Part shown: one piece after another, positions 19,261-28,231 of the stretch
How positions within the stretch are numbered: the stretch's first letter is position 1
Layout of the letters: every line of letters begins with the position of its first letter
DNA from: an uncultured Verrucomicrobiae bacterium
GTDB lineage: Bacteria > Verrucomicrobiota > Verrucomicrobiia > Chthoniobacterales > UBA10450
Assembly (NCBI GenBank): GCA_963801815.1
Contig: CAWDGJ010000007.1
Span: forward strand, 192,001-256,000
DNA: 64,000 nt
Direction: 5' to 3'
Position numbers and translations under genes: made by a program
The notes under the pieces: model-generated
The model's database searches: none
Told to the model about the DNA's origin: nothing
What the model saw: the letters and a program-made list of their open reading frames with translations, nothing else

Positions 19261-19992
19261 ATGAAAAAGCCGATTTCCGATGCAGTCATTCTTATGGCCG
19301 GATCCGGTTCGCGACTGCGGCGCGGCGGCGAAAATTGCCCCAAGCCGCTTCTCACTTTGGCCGGGCGCCCGCTCATTTGTTACACTTTGAAGAATCTAGC
19401 CCGGGCAGGAATCAGAACGATTCACGCTGTGGTTGGGTTTGAAAGTGCCGCCCTGCGCGCAGGCCTAACACCGTTGATTCCCTCCGGAATTAATCTGCAC
19501 TGGATCGAAAATTCGAGTTGGCAAAAACAGAATGGAATCACGCTGCTCGCAGCAGCGCCGCTTGTGAAACACCCCTTCATTCTTACAATGGGCGATCACA
19601 TTTTTGAATCGGCGGCGGTCGAGTGTCTAATTCAAAACGCCGATTTGAATGCGTTGAATGTCGCCGTGGATTACAAGCTCGACGCGATCTTTGACGTCGA
19701 CGACGCGATGAAGATCAAAATCGAAGGCGATGATGTAGTCGCTATCGGGAAAAATCTCACTGATTATGATGCGATCGATACCGGGCTGTTTGCGTGCTCG
19801 CTCGAAATTTTCAAATACCTAGACCAGGCGAAACGGGACGGTGATTGCAGTCTCGCCGATGGCGTCCGTCTGATGGCCGCCGACCGCAAAGTTCGAGCGA
19901 TTGATATCGGCGACGGCTGGTGGCAGGACATCGATTCGCCCGAAACACTGGAGCACGCTCGGAGATTGATCGCCACCAAGAGAGCGCTTTAA
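19261..19992 (+). CDS. NTP transferase, CTP:inositol-1-phosphate cytidylyltransferase (IPCT)/LicC-like
   Basis: ILMAGSGSRL, KPLLTL, NG, MGDHIF, DDAMK...IGKNLTDYDAIDTGLF and WQDIDSPE. Confidence 0.85.
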   Translation: MKKPISDAVILMAGSGSRLRRGGENCPKPLLTLAGRPLICYTLKNLARAGIRTIHAVVGFESAALRAGLTPLIPSGINLHWIENSSWQKQNGITLLAAAPLVKHPFILTMGDHIFESAAVECLIQNADLNALNVAVDYKLDAIFDVDDAMKIKIEGDDVVAIGKNLTDYDAIDTGLFACSLEIFKYLDQAKRDGDCSLADGVRLMAADRKVRAIDIGDGWWQDIDSPETLEHARRLIATKRAL

Positions 19993-19994
19993 AA

Positions 19995-21284
19995 ATGGCA
20001 GGGCAATGCATCGTCCTGGCGGACAGTCCGGGAGCGCTCATCAAATTATGTGGGATCTCAACGCTCGAACGATTACTGCGCACGCTTCAACGATGCGGAT
20101 ATAAGCAGGCGCTTGTCTCTTCAAACACTCCTGAACTGATCGAGCAACAGCTGGCGACGCCGTCATGGGCACGGGCCGAACTCGAAACAATAACGCGCAC
20201 GCGGCCGGCTGGCCCCGTAACGATCGAACACATCGTGGATCTTTGGCCGAACGATAACGATCTTCTAATGATCGTCCCCGCAGATTCAGTTTTCGATCCG
20301 CGGCTTTTGCGAATGCTTGCTTCACACCATGGCCCGGCCGCGCTCGTAGATTCCGATGTGCCGGACCGGTTTGGCTCGCTGGTCGAGATGACCACAGCAA
20401 CAAAACGCGGCAAACTTTGCGGGCCAGCGCTCTTGAAACGCGATTGGGCTCGCTCCCGAACAGGTTCATTCCAGGAGGCGGTGCGCACCGGTTTGGACAA
20501 TCAAACTTTGGCAGCGGCGGACGTAGCCGCTGAACCTTTGTACTATGCGCCGTTAAACCGTGAACTGAGAACCTATTGGTTTCCAGCGCCGTCTCCGGAA
20601 AATGCACAATTTGCAAAACGGATTATTCTCGATTCAGCCCAAAAAGGGACGCTCGATTTGCCCGCAACGGTTCACGCCCCAATCGAGACGTTTTTGATCT
20701 CCCTGCTTTGCGAGACGCCGGTTACACCCAACCAATTGACCGTTATTACCAACGTTGTCGCCTGGAGTGCAACGATTCTGTTGGCAACTGGTCGACTCGG
20801 TTGGGGCCTTGGGCTTGCTGTGCTTGTCGGTGTCCTCGACGGCCTGGATGGCAAACAGGCGCGCGTCAAAGTCGAGACCAGCAAACGGGGCAAATTGGAG
20901 CATTGGTTCGACGCAATTTTCGAAGTCTCATGGTGGATAGCAATTGCCTACTATTTTCAACACTCCGGCCGGTTACCCAACGCATTCCGCTATCTCGCCT
21001 TGCTGCTTATTGCCCAAGCGATCGATGGAATGATAAAATCAGGGATTCGTTACACGTCTGGGCGATCGATCGAGGAACTCGGAGCTTTTGAGCGAACACT
21101 GCATTTCGTCAGCGGACGCCGGAATGTTTTCGTCTGGATACTGACGATCGGGTTTCTGCTCGGCGCGCCGACCAGCGCCTTCATCATCATGACCTGGCTG
21201 GCAATTGGAACGGCGATTTTGCATCTCCCGCGCGCGATCGCGGTGTTTTCCCGGTTCTGCAAAACCCGGAAGCCGCACTTCTAA
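19995..21284 (+). CDS. CDP-alcohol phosphotransferase with N-terminal degenerate NTP-transferase-like domain
   Basis: VTPNQLT and DGLDGKQAR..SKRGKLEHWFD. The N-terminal IKLCGISTLERLL resembles the start of a nucleotidyltransferase. Confidence 0.85.
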   Translation: MAGQCIVLADSPGALIKLCGISTLERLLRTLQRCGYKQALVSSNTPELIEQQLATPSWARAELETITRTRPAGPVTIEHIVDLWPNDNDLLMIVPADSVFDPRLLRMLASHHGPAALVDSDVPDRFGSLVEMTTATKRGKLCGPALLKRDWARSRTGSFQEAVRTGLDNQTLAAADVAAEPLYYAPLNRELRTYWFPAPSPENAQFAKRIILDSAQKGTLDLPATVHAPIETFLISLLCETPVTPNQLTVITNVVAWSATILLATGRLGWGLGLAVLVGVLDGLDGKQARVKVETSKRGKLEHWFDAIFEVSWWIAIAYYFQHSGRLPNAFRYLALLLIAQAIDGMIKSGIRYTSGRSIEELGAFERTLHFVSGRRNVFVWILTIGFLLGAPTSAFIIMTWLAIGTAILHLPRAIAVFSRFCKTRKPHF

Positions 21285-22408
21285 ATCGTTTTCCGATAGA
21301 TCCGGTAGGTCTTGTAACGCTTTGCGCCCATCGCTTCGATGAACCGATTCACCATCACGTTGTCCTCCAGCGTCATGCTGAGTTCGCCGGTAAACCCGCG
21401 TCGAAAAGCTTCATCCATTAACCGGAGGACCAGCATCTCGGCGATCCCGGCTCGCCGATAATCTTTAACCACGCCCAGAGCAATAAGGCGCCCTGTCCGG
21501 GCCTTCTTGAGATGATAGAGCAATTTGAGCAACCCAATTGGCAAACCAAATGTGGTTAGCCGGCCATTTATCTTACGCAACGCCACGTTGACATCCGGCA
21601 CACCAATCACGAACCCAATCGGACGTTCGCCGACTTCGGCAATGAGAGTCGCCTCCGGCACGATCAGGGGCTTGAGTTCGTGTGCCATGTGTTCGGCTTC
21701 GGCTTCGGTAAATGGAACAAATCCCCAATTTTTCTCCCAAGCCTGGTTGTAAACGTCTCGGATCCGCTGTCCCTCTGCGGCAATCTGCTTCAGATCGATC
21801 GGACGAATCGTGATTTTCTCCCTGCGCGCACGCGCTTGAGCGATCTTTTGCAGGCGCGCCGCTGGCTCGGGATATTCCGAGAACCACCACGCATACCAGT
21901 CTTTCGCTTTGGAGAATCCGCAGCTTTCAATCAGAGGCACGTAATACGGCGGATTGTGCGCGGTTAACAGCGTAGGCGGATGCTGGAATCCGCTGATCAG
22001 GAGAGCGCAGACATAGTTGGTGGAATAATCGATTGGGCCCATGACCTCGTTTCGCCCTTTCTTCGCAAGCCAATCGCTCGCTGCTCGAAATAAAGCCTCG
22101 GCCACGTTGTGATCATCGATGGATTCGAACAAACCAAAGCAACCGACGTTCGTCTCATGCAGTTGGTTATAGTTCGGATCGTCGCTCGCCATGATCCGGC
22201 CGACAATCTCCCCATTCCGTCTGGCGAGAAATAATGCGGCATCGCCGTGGCCATAAAACGGATGTTTATCTCGATTGAGAAAGGCTTTCCGCTCGAGGAT
22301 CAACGGCGGCACCCACGCCGGATCATTCCGATAAATTTGCCATTGAAACTTTATAAACGCATCGCGGTCGGCGGCCGAGTCAACGCGTGAAACTTGAACG
22401 GACATCAA
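21281..22408 (-). CDS. YghO-like double GNAT acyltransferase, probable bacterial ceramide synthase (bCerS type)
   Basis: FIKFQWQIYRNDPAWVPPL, HPFY, VGRI, GCFGLFE, GP, HNPPYY, AWEKNWGFVP, PDVN, GVVKDYR..G, LEDN and KTYRIY. It lies in an operon with SPT. Confidence 0.8.
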   Translation of the reverse strand: MMSVQVSRVDSAADRDAFIKFQWQIYRNDPAWVPPLILERKAFLNRDKHPFYGHGDAALFLARRNGEIVGRIMASDDPNYNQLHETNVGCFGLFESIDDHNVAEALFRAASDWLAKKGRNEVMGPIDYSTNYVCALLISGFQHPPTLLTAHNPPYYVPLIESCGFSKAKDWYAWWFSEYPEPAARLQKIAQARARREKITIRPIDLKQIAAEGQRIRDVYNQAWEKNWGFVPFTEAEAEHMAHELKPLIVPEATLIAEVGERPIGFVIGVPDVNVALRKINGRLTTFGLPIGLLKLLYHLKKARTGRLIALGVVKDYRRAGIAEMLVLRLMDEAFRRGFTGELSMTLEDNVMVNRFIEAMGAKRYKTYRIYRKTI

Positions 22409-23313
22409 GTGACTACGGTCGCTTCCGGCTGCATGATTTCTTCGACTAACGACTGCGACATATTCTCCTGGCGGACGATCAGAAAGAGAAGCAGCAGATT
22501 TAGAACGCTGACTTCAAGCCAGAAAAACCACGACGGCCGGTCGATGGTCAGAAAAAGAAAGAGAAAGAACATTCGGGTATTTGTCATCAACAATCCCCAC
22601 CACCGCAGCATTGGCCGCGCATTTTCCCGATAATGCCGGCTCAAATCCCGTGGCACTTCGGTTGGAAATTCATGTTCGGCGACATCCCGCAAACGACGCA
22701 ACCGCGGCGAAAGAACTTCCTGTTGCCAGGTAAAGTTGATGTAAAGGGCAAGCAGGAACTTCTGCCACGGATCAGTCCGCCATCGCAAACTCCTGAACTC
22801 ATCCCGCAACGCCGCGGATGAATCCCAATCCGCGCGGGCGCGACCCTTAACAAAAAACAAGTAAGCGTTTCGAAAGTAATCAGCTGACGCACCTTGGGCA
22901 GCGTGACTGAGTCCGGCGGCGATCACGAGTAGGGCAATCGAAGGTGATGCACCTTCGACCAGGCAACGAAGTCCGAGATGCACATAGATGCTCAGAAAAA
23001 TCAGGTGATCGAATAGACTATCGATCACTCTCCCGGTTCGGCTTTTTTGATTCAGCAAACGCGCGAGTTGACCGTCGGCGTTATCGAGCAAATTAGCAAA
23101 TACGTGAAGAATCATGCCGATGATGTTGATGCGCAGATCCCGATAAAAATACAGGTGACCGGCGAGGATTCCGCAGATTCCGCCGAACACGGTTACCGTG
23201 ACCGGCGTCAGTTTTAGCCGGGCACAGACTCGCGCTAATTGATACGCGACCGGCCGATAGAATAACAAGTCGAGAATCCCCTCGACATCGCGCGCCTTAT
23301 AGGTGCGCTTCAA
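22405..23313 (-). CDS. CDP-alcohol phosphatidyltransferase (candidate inositol-phosphoceramide/PIP synthase)
   Basis: Full motif LDNADGQLARLLNQKSRTGRVIDSLFD, N-terminal KARDVE..DLLFYRP and C-terminal TNTRM. Confidence 0.9.
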   Translation of the reverse strand: MKRTYKARDVEGILDLLFYRPVAYQLARVCARLKLTPVTVTVFGGICGILAGHLYFYRDLRINIIGMILHVFANLLDNADGQLARLLNQKSRTGRVIDSLFDHLIFLSIYVHLGLRCLVEGASPSIALLVIAAGLSHAAQGASADYFRNAYLFFVKGRARADWDSSAALRDEFRSLRWRTDPWQKFLLALYINFTWQQEVLSPRLRRLRDVAEHEFPTEVPRDLSRHYRENARPMLRWWGLLMTNTRMFFLFLFLTIDRPSWFFWLEVSVLNLLLLFLIVRQENMSQSLVEEIMQPEATVVT

Positions 23314-23370
23314 GGGTAGGAATTAGCGGTTCAAGCTGCTCCGACATTCGAAAAGCGGCCGCCGATCGCG

Positions 23371-24626
23371 TCAGGCGCTCTCAAGCGCAGCCGGAGCGAG
23401 GGTATCGGCCAGAATGTTCAGCGCTTCATCGAGATCCGCCCGCGTATGTTTGGCCGTCACGCAGGCGCGGAAACAAACACGATTAAGCGGGACGGCCGGA
23501 TAATCGACCGGAGCGACCCACAATCCGCGGCGCCGCAATTCGTGACCAAGCCGGTACATTCCGCCGCGTTCACCGATCACGATCGGCATGATGTAAGTCG
23601 TCGAATTTCCGGTATCGATCTCGAGACTGCGGAGCTGAGAATGAAAATATTCAGCGTTCTCCCAAAGTTGTTTTCGCAACTCGGTCTGACGTCGACCGAT
23701 TTCCAGCGCTTTCAGAATCGCCGCTACCACGACCGGGGGCAAGGCACAGGAATAAACGTATGGATGGGCGTAAAAGCGCAGGTACTGCAGCGGTTTCCTT
23801 CGAGCCGGCCACGAAACCGCCGAGCGCGCCAAACGCTTTTGAAAATGTGCCGTAGATCAACGGAATGCGATCCTCCACTCCAAACTTTTCGGCAGCGCCG
23901 CGCCCGTTCTCGCCACATGCCAGCATCGAGTGCGCTTCGTCCACGAACACGCTGGCGCCGTGAGACTGCGCGATGTCCATCAGTTCCTTAAGATTGCCGA
24001 AATCGCCGTCCATCGAATAAATGCCTTCGACAATCACAAGTCGTCGCCGTCCCTGATGACGGGTCAGCGCGATATCGAGCGATACCGGGTCGTTATGCTC
24101 AAACTTTTCGGTCCGACAGCGCGATAAAATTGCGCCGTCGCGCAAACTGAGGTGCGATCGATTGTCGAGGATGGCGACATCGGATTTGCGGAGCAGCCCG
24201 GAGATCGTGCCAAGCGCGCCGCCAAAACCGCTGTTGAAAAGCATGGCATCTTCGCGACCGAAAAAATCTGCGACCTCGCGCTCCAGCTCGCGATGAAGAT
24301 CGGTCATTCCGGACAACACTGGGCGCGCCGCAGGCGCCGATGCCGTATTCGCGCAAAGCCTCGTGTGCCGCGGCGATCACATCCGGGATGATTGGCCAGC
24401 CCGAGATAATTGTAGGAACAAAGATTGATGACGGAATGCGGTTTGCCGTCGTAGTTGATGGTGGTGCGCGCGTCGGCCGAGGAGAGCATTTCCGGCTCGT
24501 ATAGTTCACCGGCCCAGCCCGCTATCGCGCACCCATTTGGTAAACGTGGGCGGAGCCTGAAGAGGGTCCTGCGTTTCCTCTGCTAGGAAGTTGCTGAGAC
24601 TAAGTTTAAATGGATCTTCGGTTCAT
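23371..24626 (-). CDS. spt: serine palmitoyltransferase-like alpha-oxoamine synthase, five apparent +1 indels
   Basis: Joined across frames: INLCSYNYLGL, SG..DLH.ELE, SHLSL.DG, EGIYSMDGD, VDEAHS, GTFSKAFG (PLP Lys) and YVYSCALPP. A separate kbl is present at 53539. Confidence 0.75.
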
Positions 24627-24782
24627 TGCCTTATGTGATGCTCCGGTCAGGCTCTTCTGGCGACCCCGCGGAGTTCCATATCGGGGCAGCTATTGTAGCG
24701 AGTCCAGGGGGCAAGGAAAATAACTGAGCACCACCTTGAGCTGAACTCAGCGGAGGGCTAGCAGGTTTTTTGGAAACTGCGT

Positions 24783-25397
24783 CTACTTTCGGGTCGTTTT
24801 GAAAACGTAGTCCCACAGCGGCGAGCTCACGCCATAGCCGGCCTGATCATCCTGATAATGGTGCCGCAGGTGATACTGCTTCAGCCACCTCCAGACGCCA
24901 CGCTTCATCGCGAAATGGTGAGTCGCGTAATGGATTGTGTCATAGCAGACGTACCCGAAACCGAAGCCGGCCAGCGCCGCCGGAGCGAACCGGCCCAGTG
25001 TCAGAAGAAACACGACGTAGAAAACCACCGCCAGCGGAACGCTGATAATCGGCGGCATAACCAGACGGGTCGCATCATTCGGATAATCGTGATGCACGCC
25101 ATGCATGATGAAGTGCAGCAGTTTGCCCACCAACGAGTTTTCGGTTCGTAATGAAAAACGTAGCGATGAATGACGTATTCCAGCAGCGTCCAGATCAGAA
25201 CGCCGACCACGAAAAACCCGAGCACTGTCAGGACCGACAAACTTTCTGCGGGCAAACGAGAGGTAAAGCATTAAGGCAATGATCGGCCCGTAAAGAATGA
25301 CCGGGGTCGCCGGATGCACGTGCGAGAAGAATTCCATGAAGTTGCTCTCGAACATCCGGACCGTTTCGTTCTTGTTGGAAACGAAGAGCTTGTTCAT
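24783..25397 (-). CDS. fatty acid/ceramide 2-hydroxylase (FA2H/Scs7 family), two compensating indels
   Basis: WTLLEYVIHRYVFH (alternate frame), HGVHHDYPND..RLVMPP, YDTIHYATHH and HLRHHY..YGVSSPLWDYVF. Confidence 0.88.
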   Translation of the reverse strand: MNKLFVSNKNETVRMFESNFMEFFSHVHPATPVILYGPIIALMLYLSFARRKFVGPDSARVFRGRRSDLDAAGIRHSSLRFSLRTENSLVGKLLHFIMHGVHHDYPNDATRLVMPPIISVPLAVVFYVVFLLTLGRFAPAALAGFGFGYVCYDTIHYATHHFAMKRGVWRWLKQYHLRHHYQDDQAGYGVSSPLWDYVFKTTRK

Positions 25398-25404
25398 GAC
25401 CTGA

Positions 25405-26439
25405 CTAAACTTTAACAACGTCGGGCTCACAATAAAGCGTATCGGCATTCGACGGACTAATTTCCGTGACGGTTGTCTGGCTCGCCACTGGTCCCCTGCT
25501 TCGCTCGATCCTCGAAAACAGAGTGTAGCGCTTGTCGAAAATGAATTGGAAAAGCAGACGCGTCCACGAGGAGTGAAACTTCAGGTTATCGTAGAACTCC
25601 GGCGCCATTGCCTTGAGTTTCGGCAAATTATTCCAGGGAATCGACGGCAGATCGTGGTGCTCGTTGTGGTAACCCATGTTCAGGCATAGCCGGTTGATCG
25701 GGCCGTAGTAGCTGTAGGTCTCCTGGTCCGGATCGTTTGTGTAATGCTCCTGGATCCAGCGGGCACCTACCGGATGCAGACCGATCGAGAAGAAAAACGA
25801 AAACACGAGGTAGAGAAATCCTGGCCCACCCAAAGAAATAGACTACGATGCGACATCGTAGATCGCCGCGCATACCAGATTGAGCACGAACCAGCGGTCG
25901 CGCATCGTAATCGCCTTTAAGCGCGGCGGCCGGGTCAGCTGAAAAACAGGAAAGAACATCAACCAAAGCGCTTTCCGGTACCAATTGTTGCCGACCAGCC
26001 GCGCCTCCCAGTGGTTGGCGAGATCGGCATCGTGTTCGTAATCGCCTTGGTGCGAATGATGTTTCAGATGATAAACACGGAAACCCATCGCCCCGGCAGT
26101 CAGATTCGGCAGATCGGCCAGGATCGCGACCAGGATGTTCCAGCTTTTTCGCCGGAAGATCAGATTATGCGTCGCGTCGTGGATGATGACGTAGTTGGCA
26201 TGATCGGCGAAGGCGCCGACGAAATAGGCAATCAGAAAACTGAGCCACCAATAGTGGAATCCGAGCCTGCCCATCAGATAGGCGATTGACGTTTGCAAAA
26301 CGACGATCCCAAGAGCGATCGCAGCCGTCCGAGGATTGCGCACCATTAATTGGCGGATCTCCGGGTGAGCTTTGAGCAGCGCCCGAGCCCGACTGGGGTG
26401 AGGCTGATCAACTTCAGACTGGTAAAAAGCCGTGCGCAT
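25405..26439 (-). CDS. sphingolipid delta-4 desaturase/C4-hydroxylase (DEGS/DES1 family), indels near 25830-25850
   Basis: N-terminal DQPH..R..LLKAHPEIRQLM, His boxes HDATH, HLKHH and HNEHH, plus GLHPVG.RWIQEH, ETYSYYGP.N and APEFYDNL. Confidence 0.88.
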
Positions 26440-26453
26440 TAGCGTGGATTTTA

Positions 26454-26482
26454 ATTCTAAGGGAGCATCGGACCCATTTCAA
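26454..26482 (-). promoter_or_regulatory. sigma70-type promoter for the desaturase-hydroxylase(-SPT) operon
   Basis: TTGAAA-17 bp-TAGAAT on the minus strand, 14 nt before the desaturase ATG. Confidence 0.65.
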
Positions 26483-26501
26483 CGCTTTGAGAAAAGGTGG
26501 A

Positions 26502-27209
26502 TCAACGGCCAAAGCGGAGGCTCCACGGCCTGAGCACAGACTCAAAAATGACCTTGCGCGACATTTTTGATTGGCCCTCGTGCCGATCGACAAAGGTAAT
26601 CGGAAGTTCCGTGATCCGCAGACCAGCGCGTTGCGCGCGAAAGGTCGTTTCAACCAGAAAAGCATAGCCCTCTGCCGCAATCGGAGTTTCGAGAAGAATC
26701 TGTAAGGCGCGACGAGTGTAACACCGAAAACCACTCGTGCTGTCGCGCACGGTTAGGCCGGTAATGACACGGACGTATGCATTGGCAAACCGGCTGAGCA
26801 ATCGGCGCCGCAACGGCCAATTCGCAACACGACCTCCAGGGCAGTAGCGCGATCCAATAACAACATCGGAGTCGCGCGCCGCGTTCGTTAGCATCATTAT
26901 CACCGCGGGATCGTGCGAAAAATCGGCATCCAACTGAACGAGCCGCGCATAATCCCGCTCCATAGCGAACCGGTAACCATCGATCAAACTGCGGCCGTAG
27001 CCGCGCTCTGCAATTCGACGAAGGACCGAGAAACGTGGATTCGCGCCAAACAACTTCTCGGCGTAGTCGGCCGTTTTGTCCGGCGAAGAATCATCGACCA
27101 CCAAAACGTCGCTGGTTGGTGCGACCTTCAACAATTCAGGAATGAGCGCCGCGACATTTTCGCGCTCGTTGTAAGTCGGGACAACAATGAGCGTGCGGTC
27201 AGCATCCAT
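26502..27209 (-). CDS. polyprenol-monophosphomannose synthase (Ppm1/DPM1-like GT2)
   Basis: VPTYNEREN, VDDSSPDKT, QLDADFSHDP, IGSRY..GG..NWP..R, DSTSGFRC and PITFVDR..GQSKMS. Confidence 0.9.
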   Translation of the reverse strand: MDADRTLIVVPTYNERENVAALIPELLKVAPTSDVLVVDDSSPDKTADYAEKLFGANPRFSVLRRIAERGYGRSLIDGYRFAMERDYARLVQLDADFSHDPAVIMMLTNAARDSDVVIGSRYCPGGRVANWPLRRRLLSRFANAYVRVITGLTVRDSTSGFRCYTRRALQILLETPIAAEGYAFLVETTFRAQRAGLRITELPITFVDRHEGQSKMSRKVIFESVLRPWSLRFGR

Positions 27210-27263
27210 TAACTAAGAAAAACAAATTTAGATGTAGATCGCACCAGCAAAAGCCGGCCGACG

Positions 27264-28097
27264 TTAGCGCTTGCCTATAGCGAGCCAGGGCATGCCGCGA
27301 TAGGAATCTGCCACGACCCAGGCGCCGGCCGTAAGCCCACAAGTGACCACGAACTCCCCCCATTGGAAGGCGCTGATGTGCCCGGCCGCCACGATGGGTA
27401 GCCACACCAGCGGTATGAACAAGCCTATCTGACACGCCGAGAGCGCGGCTGCCAGCCGTGCACACACGCCGATGAGCACCGCCATACCCGCCCCGATAAA
27501 TGTCCCGCCAGTGAAATACGCCCAAAACAGATGCCCCGGCAGCCAGGCAGGCACCAGCACGACGGTTTGTTTGACGTAGGTGAAATGGCCTACGCCGAAG
27601 AAGATCAAAGCGAGGCCGTAGAGCACCCTCGCGATGCGCACTCCACTGTCGCCCGTGCCGAAACCGAAGCGCCGCCTGTCCCACTCACTGGCGAACCAAG
27701 CATACAGCACCCAGGCCCCCGCCACCATCACGGCGGTCTCAGCACAGCCATACCAGGAACCTACCACAGCGGGCGCAGGGAAGACCTCGGGCACTCTTAA
27801 AAGCAGCAACCAAAGCAGTAACCAAGCGAGCAGCACGCGGGCAGCTGTGGCAGCTGTGCGCTGCCAGAGTAGGCCCAGGCCTGACCCCAAGGAAATAAGA
27901 GCGCACAGATAGACCAAGACCTCGCGTGCCGGCACAACCTTGGGCACCGGCGCCCACACCGGGGTGAAATCGCCTTTGCTCAGGCCGAGAATTCCGAGCG
28001 CGATCATGGTCGCAGCAAAAACCACATGGCCCACGCTTGCGATGCGCATTGCCCCCTTATCCGCGGTATTCGAGTTGGTTTGTTGCGTTTGTTCCAT
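27264..28097 (-). CDS. DoxX-family membrane protein, cassette-like
   Basis: Two DoxX-like halves ([23 protein letters not shown]). GTTAGGC lies 12 bp before the ATG, and the TAA stop is embedded in GCTAAC. Confidence 0.8.
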   Translation of the reverse strand: MEQTQQTNSNTADKGAMRIASVGHVVFAATMIALGILGLSKGDFTPVWAPVPKVVPAREVLVYLCALISLGSGLGLLWQRTAATAARVLLAWLLLWLLLLRVPEVFPAPAVVGSWYGCAETAVMVAGAWVLYAWFASEWDRRRFGFGTGDSGVRIARVLYGLALIFFGVGHFTYVKQTVVLVPAWLPGHLFWAYFTGGTFIGAGMAVLIGVCARLAAALSACQIGLFIPLVWLPIVAAGHISAFQWGEFVVTCGLTAGAWVVADSYRGMPWLAIGKR

Positions 28098-28231
28098 TGC
28101 AAAACAGCGGCCTAACGACAATCAGACGGCAGCTTGCAGTTCATTTCCACGCTCGTCGAGACAAACGTACCGAAAGACACTGCGACATTCTAAAACGTTA
28201 CGCATTTTGCAGCTGGCACGTTTCACGAGTG

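Noticed and set aside
19261..21284. Di-myo-inositol-phosphate compatible-solute pathway
   Set aside because: Not excluded, but DIP is typical of (hyper)thermophiles and the genes abut a lipid operon, so a lipid head-group role is preferred.
23371..24626. Calling the AOS enzyme BioF or a second Kbl
   Set aside because: The GTFSK and YVYS.ALPP motifs, the absence of bio genes, the ceramide-related neighbours and a clear kbl elsewhere favour SPT. Phylogeny is still needed.
24692..24720. Internal promoter upstream of spt (TACAAT on the minus strand)
   Set aside because: The -10 is good but the -35 at 17 bp is TTTTCC, too weak to call.
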